From positions 6,089 through 70,088 of the forward strand of contig JAGWKL010000007.1 of assembly GCA_028865345.1 (NCBI GenBank): a stretch of DNA of 64,000 nucleotides, written 5' to 3'. The DNA is from Candidatus Omnitrophota bacterium. Lineage in GTDB: Bacteria > Omnitrophota > Gorgyraeia > Zapsychrales > Fredricksoniimonadaceae. Positions 1 to 9,235 of this stretch are shown piece by piece. Position 1 is the first letter of the stretch; the number at the start of each line of letters is the position of its first letter. Position numbers and translations under genes: made by a program. The notes beneath the pieces were generated by a model, which did not search any database, was not told the DNA's origin, and saw only the letters and a list, made by a program, of their open reading frames with translations.

Positions 1-22
1 CTTTTTTATTCCCTGTTCTCAT
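1..22 (-). CDS. 5' end of next gene of pilin operon (MRTGNKK..., possible prepilin leader), truncated by window edge
   Basis: ATG at 22, 2 nt after the stop of the upstream gene; GGAGG SD (complement of 31-35); basic leader like the other prepilins. Confidence 0.5.
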
Positions 23-23
23 A

Positions 24-2813
24 TCACGACCCTCCGGGGCCGCTTGAGGGCGAAGAGCCGATGCTGTTGCAATCCACAAACTGGATGCAATAATCGCTGT
101 CCCCGGTCCCTGAAGAAGAAGGACAGCTCCTGGATGCCACATACCTGGCGCAGGCACGGCTTTCAACACCCAAAGGAAGCAAAGCCGAGACCGCGGCGGT
201 ACAGTTCGCCTCATTGCCATTGGCGACGGAATCAAGCTGTCCGTCGCCGTTGTCATTAAGCATAAACGCCTGGCCCAGCGCTGTCCGGTCCGTCGACAAA
301 AAGTTTCCATTTTCCCATGCCAGCCCCTGCGCTGTCTGGGGCGTGAGGCCGAATCCTATGGGCGTCGCAACCCCGTACGGCGCGTAGGCCGTAGTGGCGC
401 ACGCGCTGAAAAGATCGGAGTTTTGGTTGGTGTTGGGGTTGTTGCCGACGGCATTGGGATTGCTGAACATGAATTGCCACAAGGAACGCCCGTTGGGAAA
501 TTTAATGGAACTGCCGTGGGGCTGGTCCCAGCGCTGGACTTCAACATACACATACCCGTCACGTTGGGTGAGCTCAAAATTTTGGGTGAACCCCCAGTCA
601 GAGGTGTACGACCGGATCCACGGCAACCTGTCCTGAAATGCGCCATAGCCTTGACTGCGTCCCGGCGCATAGGCCTGGACCTTGACAAGGTGCGCGCAGC
701 CCACAGGCACCGAGTTTCCGTTACTGTCCGTGGTAGTGCACGCCGGCTGGCCGGTGGTTGACGGTTTGTCTCTCCAGCCATAAACGACCCAATTGGGCAA
801 TGCGCCGGGGGAATTTGTACTGCTCGTGCCATTCGCACGTTCGTACATGATCTGAGAGGCAGGTCCGCCATCGGCACATGCATTCCCGCTGCAAGGCTTG
901 AAGAAATTATGAAGGGCATTGTCCGCCTGGGCGGTGATGCGCTCAAGGGCCACGGCCCTGGTATAAGCGTCATTCAAATAAGCATACCTCAAAGCGAATT
1001 TCGGGGCCTCATCGGTAAACAGGGTAATATTGTCCTGCGTCCATTGGGCGAAGCTCCCCGAAGAGTTGGGGTCGCAGGATGCCGGGGCGGTGGTATACGC
1101 GGGCGGAGTGCCGCATGCCGCGTTGCTTTCAGAAGGGCATACGCAATTCCCGTTGCTGTTGCTGGGGGAACCTTTATAACACGCCAGCAGGGAGCGTCCC
1201 AGGACCGACGAAGAACACTCGCTTGGCAATGGCAGGCTCCTGGAACACGTCGAACTGCCGCATGCAACTCCACTGGCGCATTTATTTGACCCGCCGCTGC
1301 CGCAGACACTGCCGTCCGCACATCCCCCGGTCACCACATTCAGGCAGGTTTGATAATTGTAAATGGGACCGTACTTGTATTGGCCGGCCGCCCAGTCAGC
1401 ATAACTCTGCGTACAGGGAGTGCCGTCATTGCATTTATCGGCGCCTCCGCTGCCGCAGGCGCTGCCGTCTGGGCACACATTACATCTGTTGGGATCGCTG
1501 TCAAATGCAGGCGGCGATATAACGGAAGTCCCTAACACGTCAGGCTGGCACTGGTCCGGCAGGTTTGTCACGCAGCTTTTATTGACTGTCAGGGAACTCA
1601 GGCAGGCGGAATAATTGTTGGCAACCCCCGTTGCTGTTGTTATAGCCCCCGGACCCGCATTATATTGCAGGCAGGCCAGGACATGGGGCAGGTCTCCCCA
1701 ATTTCCTGTGGGGGCATTTTGGTTGATATAATATTCTTCCGTAGTGCCTGTTAAATCGGACTCTGCAGGAAGGCACCAGACAGCATTCTCAGAAAACCAG
1801 TTCTGTAAGCTGGAGGAATACTTATGGCTTACTGAACCTGCGGGTGCATAGCTGTTGGAATTAAGCCAATTTGTAATCACCGTGTTCCAGTCCTTGAGTT
1901 TATCCACCGGCGGACTGACGTAGGGATTGTAAATGCTCAACAGGCGTCCCGGGGAATTTAACTTACAGGAGTCTTTATTGCACGTACAGTCGCCTGTGCC
2001 GTTGGGACCGCTGCACACGGTGTCTCCGGCCGGGCAGCCTCCCGTGCATTGGGGGGCGATCCAGTCGGCGATCTGGTCATATTCACTGTCAAAGGTGGAA
2101 TTGGTGACATCCAGGGTTTTGGACAAAAACGCCTGGGCAAATTTATCGAAGTCCGAAAAAGTATGCAGGACACTGTTCAGGCTGGAAACGGTGCTTTGGG
2201 CAGAGGGCGGATTGGGCGGCGCCGGCGGCGGAAATGCACAGCCGGAACCGCTGCATGTGTTGTCAAACCACTCACACTCACCGTCGGGGTAGGACGATGT
2301 GCTTTCATTATACGGCCATGTCGTTGAACACATCTGGTTGTCGCCCGCTACCCAATAGTCGCCCGGACCGCTGCCCAGAGAACCGATCTGTCCATAGTAT
2401 GAAAATGTTCCGTCCAGCGCGGGATTGGAGGCATACGGGGCAGGGGGGGTGTAAAACGCCGGGTCCCCCACTTTATCGATGACGCCGTTGAATGTCGTTG
2501 ACGATGAACCCGCGCCGGCGCCGAGGTCAGCGGTTATGCTATAGGTCCCATTGGGAGCGTTTGTCCAGTCATAGGTGAAGGTATTGGTGGGGGCGCTGCT
2601 GCTGACCGAGGCCAAAACATTCCCATTATCATAGAATGTCACTTCACTGACATTGCTGTAGGTTGCGGCTGTGAGCGTGATTGTGGCCCCTGACGGATAA
2701 TTGATATAATCGCTTGACACGCAGACCGGCGTTGACGACGATGGCGTACAAGCCGCCTGCACCGGTGCCTGGGCTGAGAAAAACAAGGCCATAATCAAAA
2801 ACCAATATCGCAT
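24..2813 (-). CDS. Large secreted Cys-rich protein (929 aa) with N-terminal Ig-like domain; putative Tad-pilus-associated adhesin
   Basis: Start re-assigned to ATG 2813 (AAGGA SD; MRYWFLIMALFFSAQAPVQA signal peptide); Big-type segment VSEVTFYDNGNVLASVS...YDWTNAPNGTYSITA; many Cys; internal repeats. Confidence 0.8.
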   Translation of the reverse strand: MRYWFLIMALFFSAQAPVQAACTPSSSTPVCVSSDYINYPSGATITLTAATYSNVSEVTFYDNGNVLASVSSSAPTNTFTYDWTNAPNGTYSITADLGAGAGSSSTTFNGVIDKVGDPAFYTPPAPYASNPALDGTFSYYGQIGSLGSGPGDYWVAGDNQMCSTTWPYNESTSSYPDGECEWFDNTCSGSGCAFPPPAPPNPPSAQSTVSSLNSVLHTFSDFDKFAQAFLSKTLDVTNSTFDSEYDQIADWIAPQCTGGCPAGDTVCSGPNGTGDCTCNKDSCKLNSPGRLLSIYNPYVSPPVDKLKDWNTVITNWLNSNSYAPAGSVSHKYSSSLQNWFSENAVWCLPAESDLTGTTEEYYINQNAPTGNWGDLPHVLACLQYNAGPGAITTATGVANNYSACLSSLTVNKSCVTNLPDQCQPDVLGTSVISPPAFDSDPNRCNVCPDGSACGSGGADKCNDGTPCTQSYADWAAGQYKYGPIYNYQTCLNVVTGGCADGSVCGSGGSNKCASGVACGSSTCSRSLPLPSECSSSVLGRSLLACYKGSPSNSNGNCVCPSESNAACGTPPAYTTAPASCDPNSSGSFAQWTQDNITLFTDEAPKFALRYAYLNDAYTRAVALERITAQADNALHNFFKPCSGNACADGGPASQIMYERANGTSSTNSPGALPNWVVYGWRDKPSTTGQPACTTTDSNGNSVPVGCAHLVKVQAYAPGRSQGYGAFQDRLPWIRSYTSDWGFTQNFELTQRDGYVYVEVQRWDQPHGSSIKFPNGRSLWQFMFSNPNAVGNNPNTNQNSDLFSACATTAYAPYGVATPIGFGLTPQTAQGLAWENGNFLSTDRTALGQAFMLNDNGDGQLDSVANGNEANCTAAVSALLPLGVESRACARYVASRSCPSSSGTGDSDYCIQFVDCNSIGSSPSSGPGGS
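1278..1476 (-). repeat. Two copies of a ~45-bp Cys module (CPDGSACGSGGADKC / CADGSVCGSGGSNKC)
   Basis: gcatttatttgacccgccgctgccgcagacactgccgtccgcac (1278-1322) vs gcatttatcggcgcctccgctgccgcaggcgctgccgtctgggcac (1431-1476). Confidence 0.8.
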
Positions 2814-2833
2814 ATTTCCCATTCCTTTTGCCG

Positions 2834-5575
2834 CTAACTGCAAACTCCTGTGCCGAGGTTGCATGATTGTGTCGAAGTGCAACAATTGGTACTGGCGCCG
2901 CACTGGGTGGTGCCGCTGGGACACCCGCATGAGCCGCTCTGACATATTTCTTGACCCTGGCATACATGTCCGCAAGTGCCGCAATTGTTGTTATCATTCA
3001 ATGTTCCGCTGGCACAGGCACAGGCGTTGCTCTGGCATGTTTCTCCGTTTTGGCACACCTTTCCACAAGTACCGCAATTGTTGTTGTCGCCTAAATTGCC
3101 GCCGGCACATTTACATTCGCCTGTTTGGCTCCCGCTTGCCTGAGTGCCTGTAATCGTCCAGCTGGTGCCGTTAAAGGTTGTCTCGTAGCATGTTTGGCCA
3201 TTCGTGCACGCACCCGTGCCGCAGGTGACTCCGCAGGCGTCTTTGCCGCAATTGTCAATTGCAGCACAATAGGAATAATTGTTAACGATCATGGTGGTGG
3301 CATATGCGGTATATCCGCAACTATGGTCAGTCGGATTGGTGGCGCAATAGTTGGTTACAGCACCGGTTGCGCCGCCGGTATCATAAGATTGTACCTCCGA
3401 AAGAGGGGCATCGGTCGCTACAGCCGTCACGTTATAATTCCCCGCCATCGTCACTGTACAAAGCCCGGTCGTTTTGTTGGTCACACTCGTAGGGATTGCA
3501 AATTGGCCGGGATTGGTGTTGATTTGCACAATCGGAGCCGGAAACGCCGGGTTCGGCGTGAACAGGGTGTCGTCTAATGTGCTGGTGCTTCCCGTTGGAT
3601 CGGTCATATTAATATCAACCCCGGTAATGGTGCCGGGGCTGGGTTCAGAGGCTGTGGCGAGCATGCTGATTGAGGAAGAAGGTCCCGCTGTATAGATGTT
3701 CCCGCTGAAGGGCGAATTGATCACCATGGAAATGTTGGGTCCAACGACAATGGTCAGCGTGTTCGATGAAGAGCCGCTGCCGCCGGCAAGGCTGTCGGTC
3801 AGATAATTGACACAGCAATCCTCTCCCGAGCAGGAATAGGGCAGGGTCAATTGGTTTAAATCCGGAAAATCCGCGGACGAAGGAGAGTTGACTGCGGGGA
3901 CTGTGCCTCCGGAATACGTGCCTGCGACACACCAATGGTACCAGGGCTCCGGCGTCAATGTAAAATTGTTGCTTTGGGTGGTATTGATACTGTCCACCGC
4001 CGGACTGAAAAAATTCGGAGTTTTATACGCGTTTGGACTTGCCAACGGATCCGGGAATGCCGGATTGGTGTCCATCAGCCAGAAGAAGGGATAGACCCCA
4101 TTAGGGAACGCCGGTGAGGTCCCTTCGACCGTCATTCCACCCAGGGGCACTGTGGTCGGCGTTGATTGCATCAATTGCTGGTCGCGGCCGTATTGGTCCA
4201 GGAATGACAGCCCCCTGCTGTATTGTTGAAAGCCCGAATCGTAAATAAAGGGATAGGAAGAACCGTAAGGATTGTTCGATGTGCATTGCGCCGGCGCTGC
4301 CTGACCCGCATTATCCGGGTCCCCGACCAGGGCCGAACAATCCGTATTGATGTACGCGTTGGGGTTGGTGGCGCAAACATCCGGAAGGGTCCCTCCTGCG
4401 CTCACATAGGGAAGGCAGGAAGAGGGCCGCAAAGGCTTGTATGTCGTCTTTCCGTTGTCGGTGACGGCCACAGCCACCGGCTGGCAGCATGGATTGCAGT
4501 AAGGATTGCTTGTGTCCGTGCAGGAATCATTTAACTGAAAACTAAAGTCATTGTTCACCATCACCCTGCAAGAAGGTGCCGACAAGGAAGCTGAATAAGT
4601 GGTATACGCAGCGTTGCAGGAATTGCAAAGCGGATCCAACGCGACAGGCTGACCGGTATTGGGATCGGTGAGGTTACTATGCTCGTATACGTTCTGGGCG
4701 CATGTCACCTGCGCCGGTATAGGCCCTGTACAGGCAGGGTCTGCGGAATCCACGGCACAATAATCGATGCCCGCATTCGGATTGAAGCAGCTCGGGTTAA
4801 GAGGGACCCCTGTCTGGCTTGTTTTGCCATCCACGCTTCCACTGTCCGTATAATTTTGCTGGCAGGTCTGGCCGTTGATGAATTCACTCAATTGATTATA
4901 GAAAAAAACCAACTGTGGAATAAAGCCGACGTTTTTGTTCAGCATTTTCAAACGCTCGGTATAAAAAAACCCGAACCGCGAGATGGTGTCGTTGGCCCTG
5001 CCGCTGGTGACCCCGAATTTTCCATTGGCATTTTCATCGAAATAATCCGTAATATTGACCTGGTCCGTGGTCGCGCCCTGCAAAGCCGGCCCCACGGCCC
5101 CTTCATAAAACTGCTGTGTGATCGGCTGGCTTTTCTGCAACTTGTTCCATAGTTCGCACATCCCGGGCTGGATCACAGTCAACTGAAGCACCAGGGTCAC
5201 AATAGACATGACAAGGGCCAGGGTCAGGCAGGCCCCCAGAAATGTGGTCACCAGCGGAGTCGCCGATCCCCAGGAAACGATCTCTATGACTATGATGATA
5301 ATAATGACTATCACCATGATCAAATCCATCAATAAGCCGCTCATTCCCGATATCTTGTTGGTGTCCTGCAAATTCGTCTGCTTCTGCATTTCACCATAAC
5401 TGGCCACATCCGACGCAAGCAGGGATGCGGCCTGGTCGGCGTCCACGGTCAACAGGCTTTTCATCTGGGCGATGCGCCCCCAGTTGTAGGTGATGGCCAG
5501 GAAAATCAGCGCCATCGCCGATAATAAAACCAGGATGAGCGCTGTCTGTCCTTTTTTATCCGTTGTGTTCATCAT
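2834..5575 (-). CDS. Giant TadG-like pilus tip protein (913 aa): prepilin N-terminus, extra hydrophobic hairpin, Ig-like segment, Cys-rich tail
   Basis: KKG|QTALILVLLSAMALIFLAITYNWGR class III signal lacking Glu+5, followed by xDADQAA, as in TadG-like proteins; C-terminal DNNNCGTCGxVC repeats. Confidence 0.8.
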   Translation of the reverse strand: MMNTTDKKGQTALILVLLSAMALIFLAITYNWGRIAQMKSLLTVDADQAASLLASDVASYGEMQKQTNLQDTNKISGMSGLLMDLIMVIVIIIIIVIEIVSWGSATPLVTTFLGACLTLALVMSIVTLVLQLTVIQPGMCELWNKLQKSQPITQQFYEGAVGPALQGATTDQVNITDYFDENANGKFGVTSGRANDTISRFGFFYTERLKMLNKNVGFIPQLVFFYNQLSEFINGQTCQQNYTDSGSVDGKTSQTGVPLNPSCFNPNAGIDYCAVDSADPACTGPIPAQVTCAQNVYEHSNLTDPNTGQPVALDPLCNSCNAAYTTYSASLSAPSCRVMVNNDFSFQLNDSCTDTSNPYCNPCCQPVAVAVTDNGKTTYKPLRPSSCLPYVSAGGTLPDVCATNPNAYINTDCSALVGDPDNAGQAAPAQCTSNNPYGSSYPFIYDSGFQQYSRGLSFLDQYGRDQQLMQSTPTTVPLGGMTVEGTSPAFPNGVYPFFWLMDTNPAFPDPLASPNAYKTPNFFSPAVDSINTTQSNNFTLTPEPWYHWCVAGTYSGGTVPAVNSPSSADFPDLNQLTLPYSCSGEDCCVNYLTDSLAGGSGSSSNTLTIVVGPNISMVINSPFSGNIYTAGPSSSISMLATASEPSPGTITGVDINMTDPTGSTSTLDDTLFTPNPAFPAPIVQINTNPGQFAIPTSVTNKTTGLCTVTMAGNYNVTAVATDAPLSEVQSYDTGGATGAVTNYCATNPTDHSCGYTAYATTMIVNNYSYCAAIDNCGKDACGVTCGTGACTNGQTCYETTFNGTSWTITGTQASGSQTGECKCAGGNLGDNNNCGTCGKVCQNGETCQSNACACASGTLNDNNNCGTCGHVCQGQEICQSGSCGCPSGTTQCGASTNCCTSTQSCNLGTGVCS
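2905..3090 (-). repeat. Tandem 93-bp (31 aa) Cys-rich repeat, 2 copies (DNNNCGTCGxVCQxxExCQSxxCxCxSGT)
   Basis: gcaagtgccgcaattgttgttatc at 2972 and acaagtaccgcaattgttgttgtc at 3065. Confidence 0.8.
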
Positions 5576-5832
5576 TGGCTCGAGTTCCCGTTAGTAATGC
5601 TTCCGTGATAAACCGCGGACATCGGCAAAAAATAATAATCGTCTTGAGAGTTCAACTCATTCGACGGATCCAGGCTTTTGGTCAGTGATATGTCCTGGGC
5701 CACGCGCCGGTTGGCCAGATCCAGCCCCGCCCAGCGGAAAACCATCACCAGGCCGTAAACTATGAACATGATCACCACCACCGCGAAGGTGAATTCAATG
5801 GTCGACTGAGCTTTGGTGTCCCGTACGTTCAT
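5572..5832 (-). CDS. TadE-like minor pilin (86 aa)
   Basis: KA|QSTIEFTFAVVVIMFIVYGLVMVF; ATG overlaps the upstream stop (TGATG). Confidence 0.85.
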   Translation of the reverse strand: MNVRDTKAQSTIEFTFAVVVIMFIVYGLVMVFRWAGLDLANRRVAQDISLTKSLDPSNELNSQDDYYFLPMSAVYHGSITNGNSSQ

Positions 5833-7817
5833 CAATTCCCTACCTTGTACCGCCCTGATGTGTTTGTCGCCCAGAAATGCCCGCGCAAGTCTTCGATGCG
5901 GCTGCGGACAAAAATCTTGTTCTGGGAAAGATCATAACATGTCGAGGCAATGTTGGTCTGAGAACTAAAACAGTTGTTGGTTATTCCGTCGACACAAACT
6001 TCCACAGGGTTGGGGGTTTTTCCGTCATTGCCCACCGTGGCAAGCGGCGTCGTTCCGTTGCAAAACCGCCCGGTATTATTGCTCAGCTGGATGACCCGCT
6101 GTATCAGGTCGATCGAGTCCTTTTTGTTTTGGCTGCGCACAAACTGGTCGGTTTCAGGGTTATACATTTTCCCATCCTGGATCAACAAATACGTCCCCCC
6201 GCGGTTATCGGTGGCATTGGAGCTGTTCTTGGTAAAGGTAAACACCTGGGCGTTGGCCTGCAAACCGGGCTGCGGACCGCAGGAATTGGCGTCCCAAGCC
6301 CCGTCAATGTCTCCACCATCCGGATCTTCATAAGAAACCACCGGATAGCCGTTTGAGTCCGTGGAAAGATTATAAATGGTGACTTCCTTCAGCCTTCCGT
6401 CTATATCATAGGTCGGATAAACATGGTTGGAACTGCTTAGCCCGATCTCTGCCGCCGAGGTCCCTGCCGTGGCAGCCCATTGCCAGGCAACGTAGGCGCG
6501 CATGCAACTGCCGGGAGGATTGCATCCCGGATTGGGGAATTGATTTATCACGCCCGCCACCGATGTCGATGTTGCTCCATTGCTCCCATAGACCCCCATG
6601 CGCAAAAGATCATACTGCATGACCCCATTGATATTGGTGGATGCTCCAAGGCCGTCGGTGGTGGGATTGCCCCAATAATCAAGCAAAGGCATGTCCGTGG
6701 ACAGTTCTTTATTCATACAAGCTGAAGTGCCGTGCGCAGTACAAGTGGGGGCCGAAGTGCTGAAGGTCAAATTCGAAGAATTGGCCGACCCTCCCGCCCC
6801 GCCGGGATTGGCCACCAGGGTATAAAACAATTTGTATTGCCTGCTGCCCTGCTCGATAATGCCCTCGATCGCCGCTAAATATCCCACAGCCTGTTGCGCA
6901 GTGAGGTGAAATACATTTTCATAAAGCCCTTCAAACGTCGTCCACGGCGTTTGATTCCATGATGCGTTGACCGTCGCTTGAGAGGTAGCTTCATCGCACT
7001 TGCTGGTTGTCGTAGGTGAAATGACATGGGCATTGGCCAGTTCCGTGAAAATAGTACAGGCATTGTTGGCCTCTTGCAGCTCTCTTCCTGCCGTGGTGGT
7101 CGCGGTTATCGGCGCTACCGGAGGATCGTTGGTAACAAGCGCGCTTTCCTTAAGAATGCTCTGGCCTCCCCACTCCCTTTGATTGCGGCAGGTCTGGTTC
7201 ATTTTGCACTGGGCCTCGGCTTTTTGCTGGCAGTCCTGCGGATTTCCGCCGGCCGTCAGGCAATCTTCCTGCTCCTGAGCGGAAGATATCGGCTGGCTGT
7301 TTTTATCGCACATAGCGGTACCGCCCTGGCCCGGCGGATAAATGGTTTTCCCGGCAACATAAGAAGCCATGGTAAACGGGAAATGCTGCCCGTCGATATA
7401 CACATCCATGATGGGCAAACTATTGTCGATATCGGAGGGACTATTGTTATCGATGGGATAAAGAAGGTTATAGGAAAAGGTTCCCGAACCGGAGACCATG
7501 AATGGTGTGCGGTCCAAAGCCCCGTATTTGCCGAAACCGGGAACAAGTCTGTCTTCTACAAAAAGCACCGAGGCGCTGTTATGCGCGGTGACCTGCGGGC
7601 TCATGCCGGGATTGGCCTTGGAATCGTTCCACGAAGCCAGCATGGCCATGCGCATGGCCTTAAAACTGATGTCCTGCTGATAGCCGTTGCTCACAGCAGT
7701 GCGGATGATCGTCCCCAAAATAAAAATGAGGATGGCCCCGAACACGGCAAGCTCGGTGACGGCCTGTCCCGCCGCGGGTGCGGGGCCAGACGCTTTTTGA
7801 AGGTCTCGCTTGGACAT
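5832..7817 (-). CDS. Large TadE-like minor pilin (661 aa) with Cys-rich extracellular region
   Basis: Start re-assigned to ATG 7817 (TGATG coupling); AAG|QAVTELAVFGAILIFILGTII prepilin motif. Confidence 0.8.
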   Translation of the reverse strand: MSKRDLQKASGPAPAAGQAVTELAVFGAILIFILGTIIRTAVSNGYQQDISFKAMRMAMLASWNDSKANPGMSPQVTAHNSASVLFVEDRLVPGFGKYGALDRTPFMVSGSGTFSYNLLYPIDNNSPSDIDNSLPIMDVYIDGQHFPFTMASYVAGKTIYPPGQGGTAMCDKNSQPISSAQEQEDCLTAGGNPQDCQQKAEAQCKMNQTCRNQREWGGQSILKESALVTNDPPVAPITATTTAGRELQEANNACTIFTELANAHVISPTTTSKCDEATSQATVNASWNQTPWTTFEGLYENVFHLTAQQAVGYLAAIEGIIEQGSRQYKLFYTLVANPGGAGGSANSSNLTFSTSAPTCTAHGTSACMNKELSTDMPLLDYWGNPTTDGLGASTNINGVMQYDLLRMGVYGSNGATSTSVAGVINQFPNPGCNPPGSCMRAYVAWQWAATAGTSAAEIGLSSSNHVYPTYDIDGRLKEVTIYNLSTDSNGYPVVSYEDPDGGDIDGAWDANSCGPQPGLQANAQVFTFTKNSSNATDNRGGTYLLIQDGKMYNPETDQFVRSQNKKDSIDLIQRVIQLSNNTGRFCNGTTPLATVGNDGKTPNPVEVCVDGITNNCFSSQTNIASTCYDLSQNKIFVRSRIEDLRGHFWATNTSGRYKVGN

Positions 7818-8134
7818 CAGTTCCCTACCTGTGTAGTGCCCGACTTCGTTTCCAAAGTATTCGACGTATCGATCCGGCTTGTCCATTCGCCGTAGGCGCT
7901 GTTATAGCTGCCCGGAGCGACCTGGACAATGGACGTCGCATTGGACTGTGTCGCGTACAGTATATTGGAATTGACCCATTGAGGGTCATACTGGCCGCCT
8001 ATCTCATCTGACGATGATTTCCAGCGGCCCTGAATGCCCCTTTTGACATAGTCCTTCATGGCCACCAGCACTCCGAGGATGATGATCATGATCACCGTGT
8101 ATTCCAGAATTGTCTGTCCTCGTATGTTTCGCAT
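7817..8134 (-). CDS. Flp/TadE-like pilin, class C'' (105 aa)
   Basis: RG|QTILEY + hydrophobic helix + KRGIQGRWKSSSDEIGGQY. Confidence 0.9.
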   Translation of the reverse strand: MRNIRGQTILEYTVIMIIILGVLVAMKDYVKRGIQGRWKSSSDEIGGQYDPQWVNSNILYATQSNATSIVQVAPGSYNSAYGEWTSRIDTSNTLETKSGTTQVGN

Positions 8135-8149
8135 AGGCCTTGGTCCTTA

Positions 8150-8506
8150 TTATTGTGGTGAAAACCCTCCGTTGGTAATGGTGTTGGTCATTGTCACAGA
8201 AGCCTCACTATAACCCGTCGTCGCCATGAAATGAGTGACGCCGCTGCCATTAATATACCCCGTTTCCGCGTTCCAATCGCCGGTGGTGGCGCCCATCTGC
8301 GTATTCGATGCCAGCATAAATCCTGTCTGGGGATTGGTAAAATCCTGGTCGGCGTTCTGCTGACTGCCCACCTGGTCCGCCGTCACCTTGACCAGGCTCT
8401 GCACCCCGCGCTTGATGCCCGTGCCCATATAATAGAGCGCCACCATCACCAGGCTGACGAGGATGGCGTATTCTACTATTGTCTGTGCATTGCGGGTAAA
8501 AACCAT
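8150..8506 (-). CDS. Flp/TadE-like pilin, class C' (118 aa)
   Basis: NA|QTIVEY + hydrophobic helix + KRGVQSLVKVTADQVG. Confidence 0.9.
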   Translation of the reverse strand: MVFTRNAQTIVEYAILVSLVMVALYYMGTGIKRGVQSLVKVTADQVGSQQNADQDFTNPQTGFMLASNTQMGATTGDWNAETGYINGSGVTHFMATTGYSEASVTMTNTITNGGFSPQ

Positions 8507-8515
8507 TCAGTCCTT

Positions 8516-8935
8516 TCATGTCGCACAACCGGTCCCGTCACTGCAACACGGCGGCGGATTGGAACTGCTGCATACCGGAGGTAATTGGTGGCTGATGGAG
8601 GATATGTTGCTTGTGTCATTCACGGAACTGATATAGACCGCTCCCAGTTCCCCTGCGCTGCCGTTTGTTATTCCTTGATGATTGTCTGAATTCCGTTGCA
8701 CATCCGAGAAGGTCTGCATGTAATACGGTTCATATCCCCAGGAAACCCCGTTGGAAGCGGCCTGGCAATTGACATCGCAGGCATTGGCCGCCATCTCGAT
8801 CGCAAAGTTCCTGGCATCATGGATCCGCGCCTCAAAGGCCCTCCTCACCAGCACGGTCATAGCTGTCAGGGCCGCAACCACTATGAAGAAAACCATGACA
8901 TGCTCTGCCAAAATCGCTTGACCTTTGTCATTCAT
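8516..8935 (-). CDS. Flp/TadE-like pilin, class B' (139 aa)
   Basis: Start at ATG 8935 (GAGG SD); KG|QAILAEH (Glu shifted to +6); ARIHDA and YEPYYMQ motifs; C-terminal Cys cluster. Confidence 0.85.
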   Translation of the reverse strand: MNDKGQAILAEHVMVFFIVVAALTAMTVLVRRAFEARIHDARNFAIEMAANACDVNCQAASNGVSWGYEPYYMQTFSDVQRNSDNHQGITNGSAGELGAVYISSVNDTSNISSISHQLPPVCSSSNPPPCCSDGTGCAT

Positions 8936-8968
8936 GCCCCGCCTCACCTTCTCCAAAGACAAACGGCC

Positions 8969-9166
8969 TCACATCCCATTCGCCGCATTTTCCTGCAAGT
9001 AGGTGGCTGCGTTGAGCATCCCTTGGGTCGTCTGGTTGAACACGCTGTTCAAGCTGCTTTGAAAAGAACCTGTCCCCTTGCCTGTCGTGAACAGAACGAC
9101 CACCACGATCACGGCCGTGACCAGCAGGATGTATTCCACCAGGCTCTGACCTTTACGTGCGCGCAT
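8969..9166 (-). CDS. Flp-like pilin, class A' (65 aa)
   Basis: KG|QSLVEYILLVTAVIVVVVLF. Confidence 0.9.
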   Translation of the reverse strand: MRARKGQSLVEYILLVTAVIVVVVLFTTGKGTGSFQSSLNSVFNQTTQGMLNAATYLQENAANGM

Positions 9167-9195
9167 GCGTTTGTCCTCTATTGACGGCCTATATC

Positions 9196-9226
9196 AACGA
9201 GGGGGGAAGAAAATCCCCCCCTCGTT
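9196..9226 (-). terminator. 11-bp stem-loop inside the pilin operon (attenuator or RNA-stabilising hairpin)
   Basis: aacgagggggg / cccccctcgtt inverted repeat just after the stop of the 9236-9574 pilin; no clear U-tract on the minus strand. Confidence 0.7.
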
Positions 9227-9235
9227 TGGACTCTG

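Noticed and set aside
2814-2984. ORF-track N-terminal extension of the 986-aa ORF
   Set aside because: Overlaps the upstream gene by 150 nt; SD and signal peptide point to ATG 2813
7818-7886. ORF-track start of the 684-aa ORF
   Set aside because: Lies inside the upstream pilin; TGATG coupling at 7817 gives a normal prepilin leader
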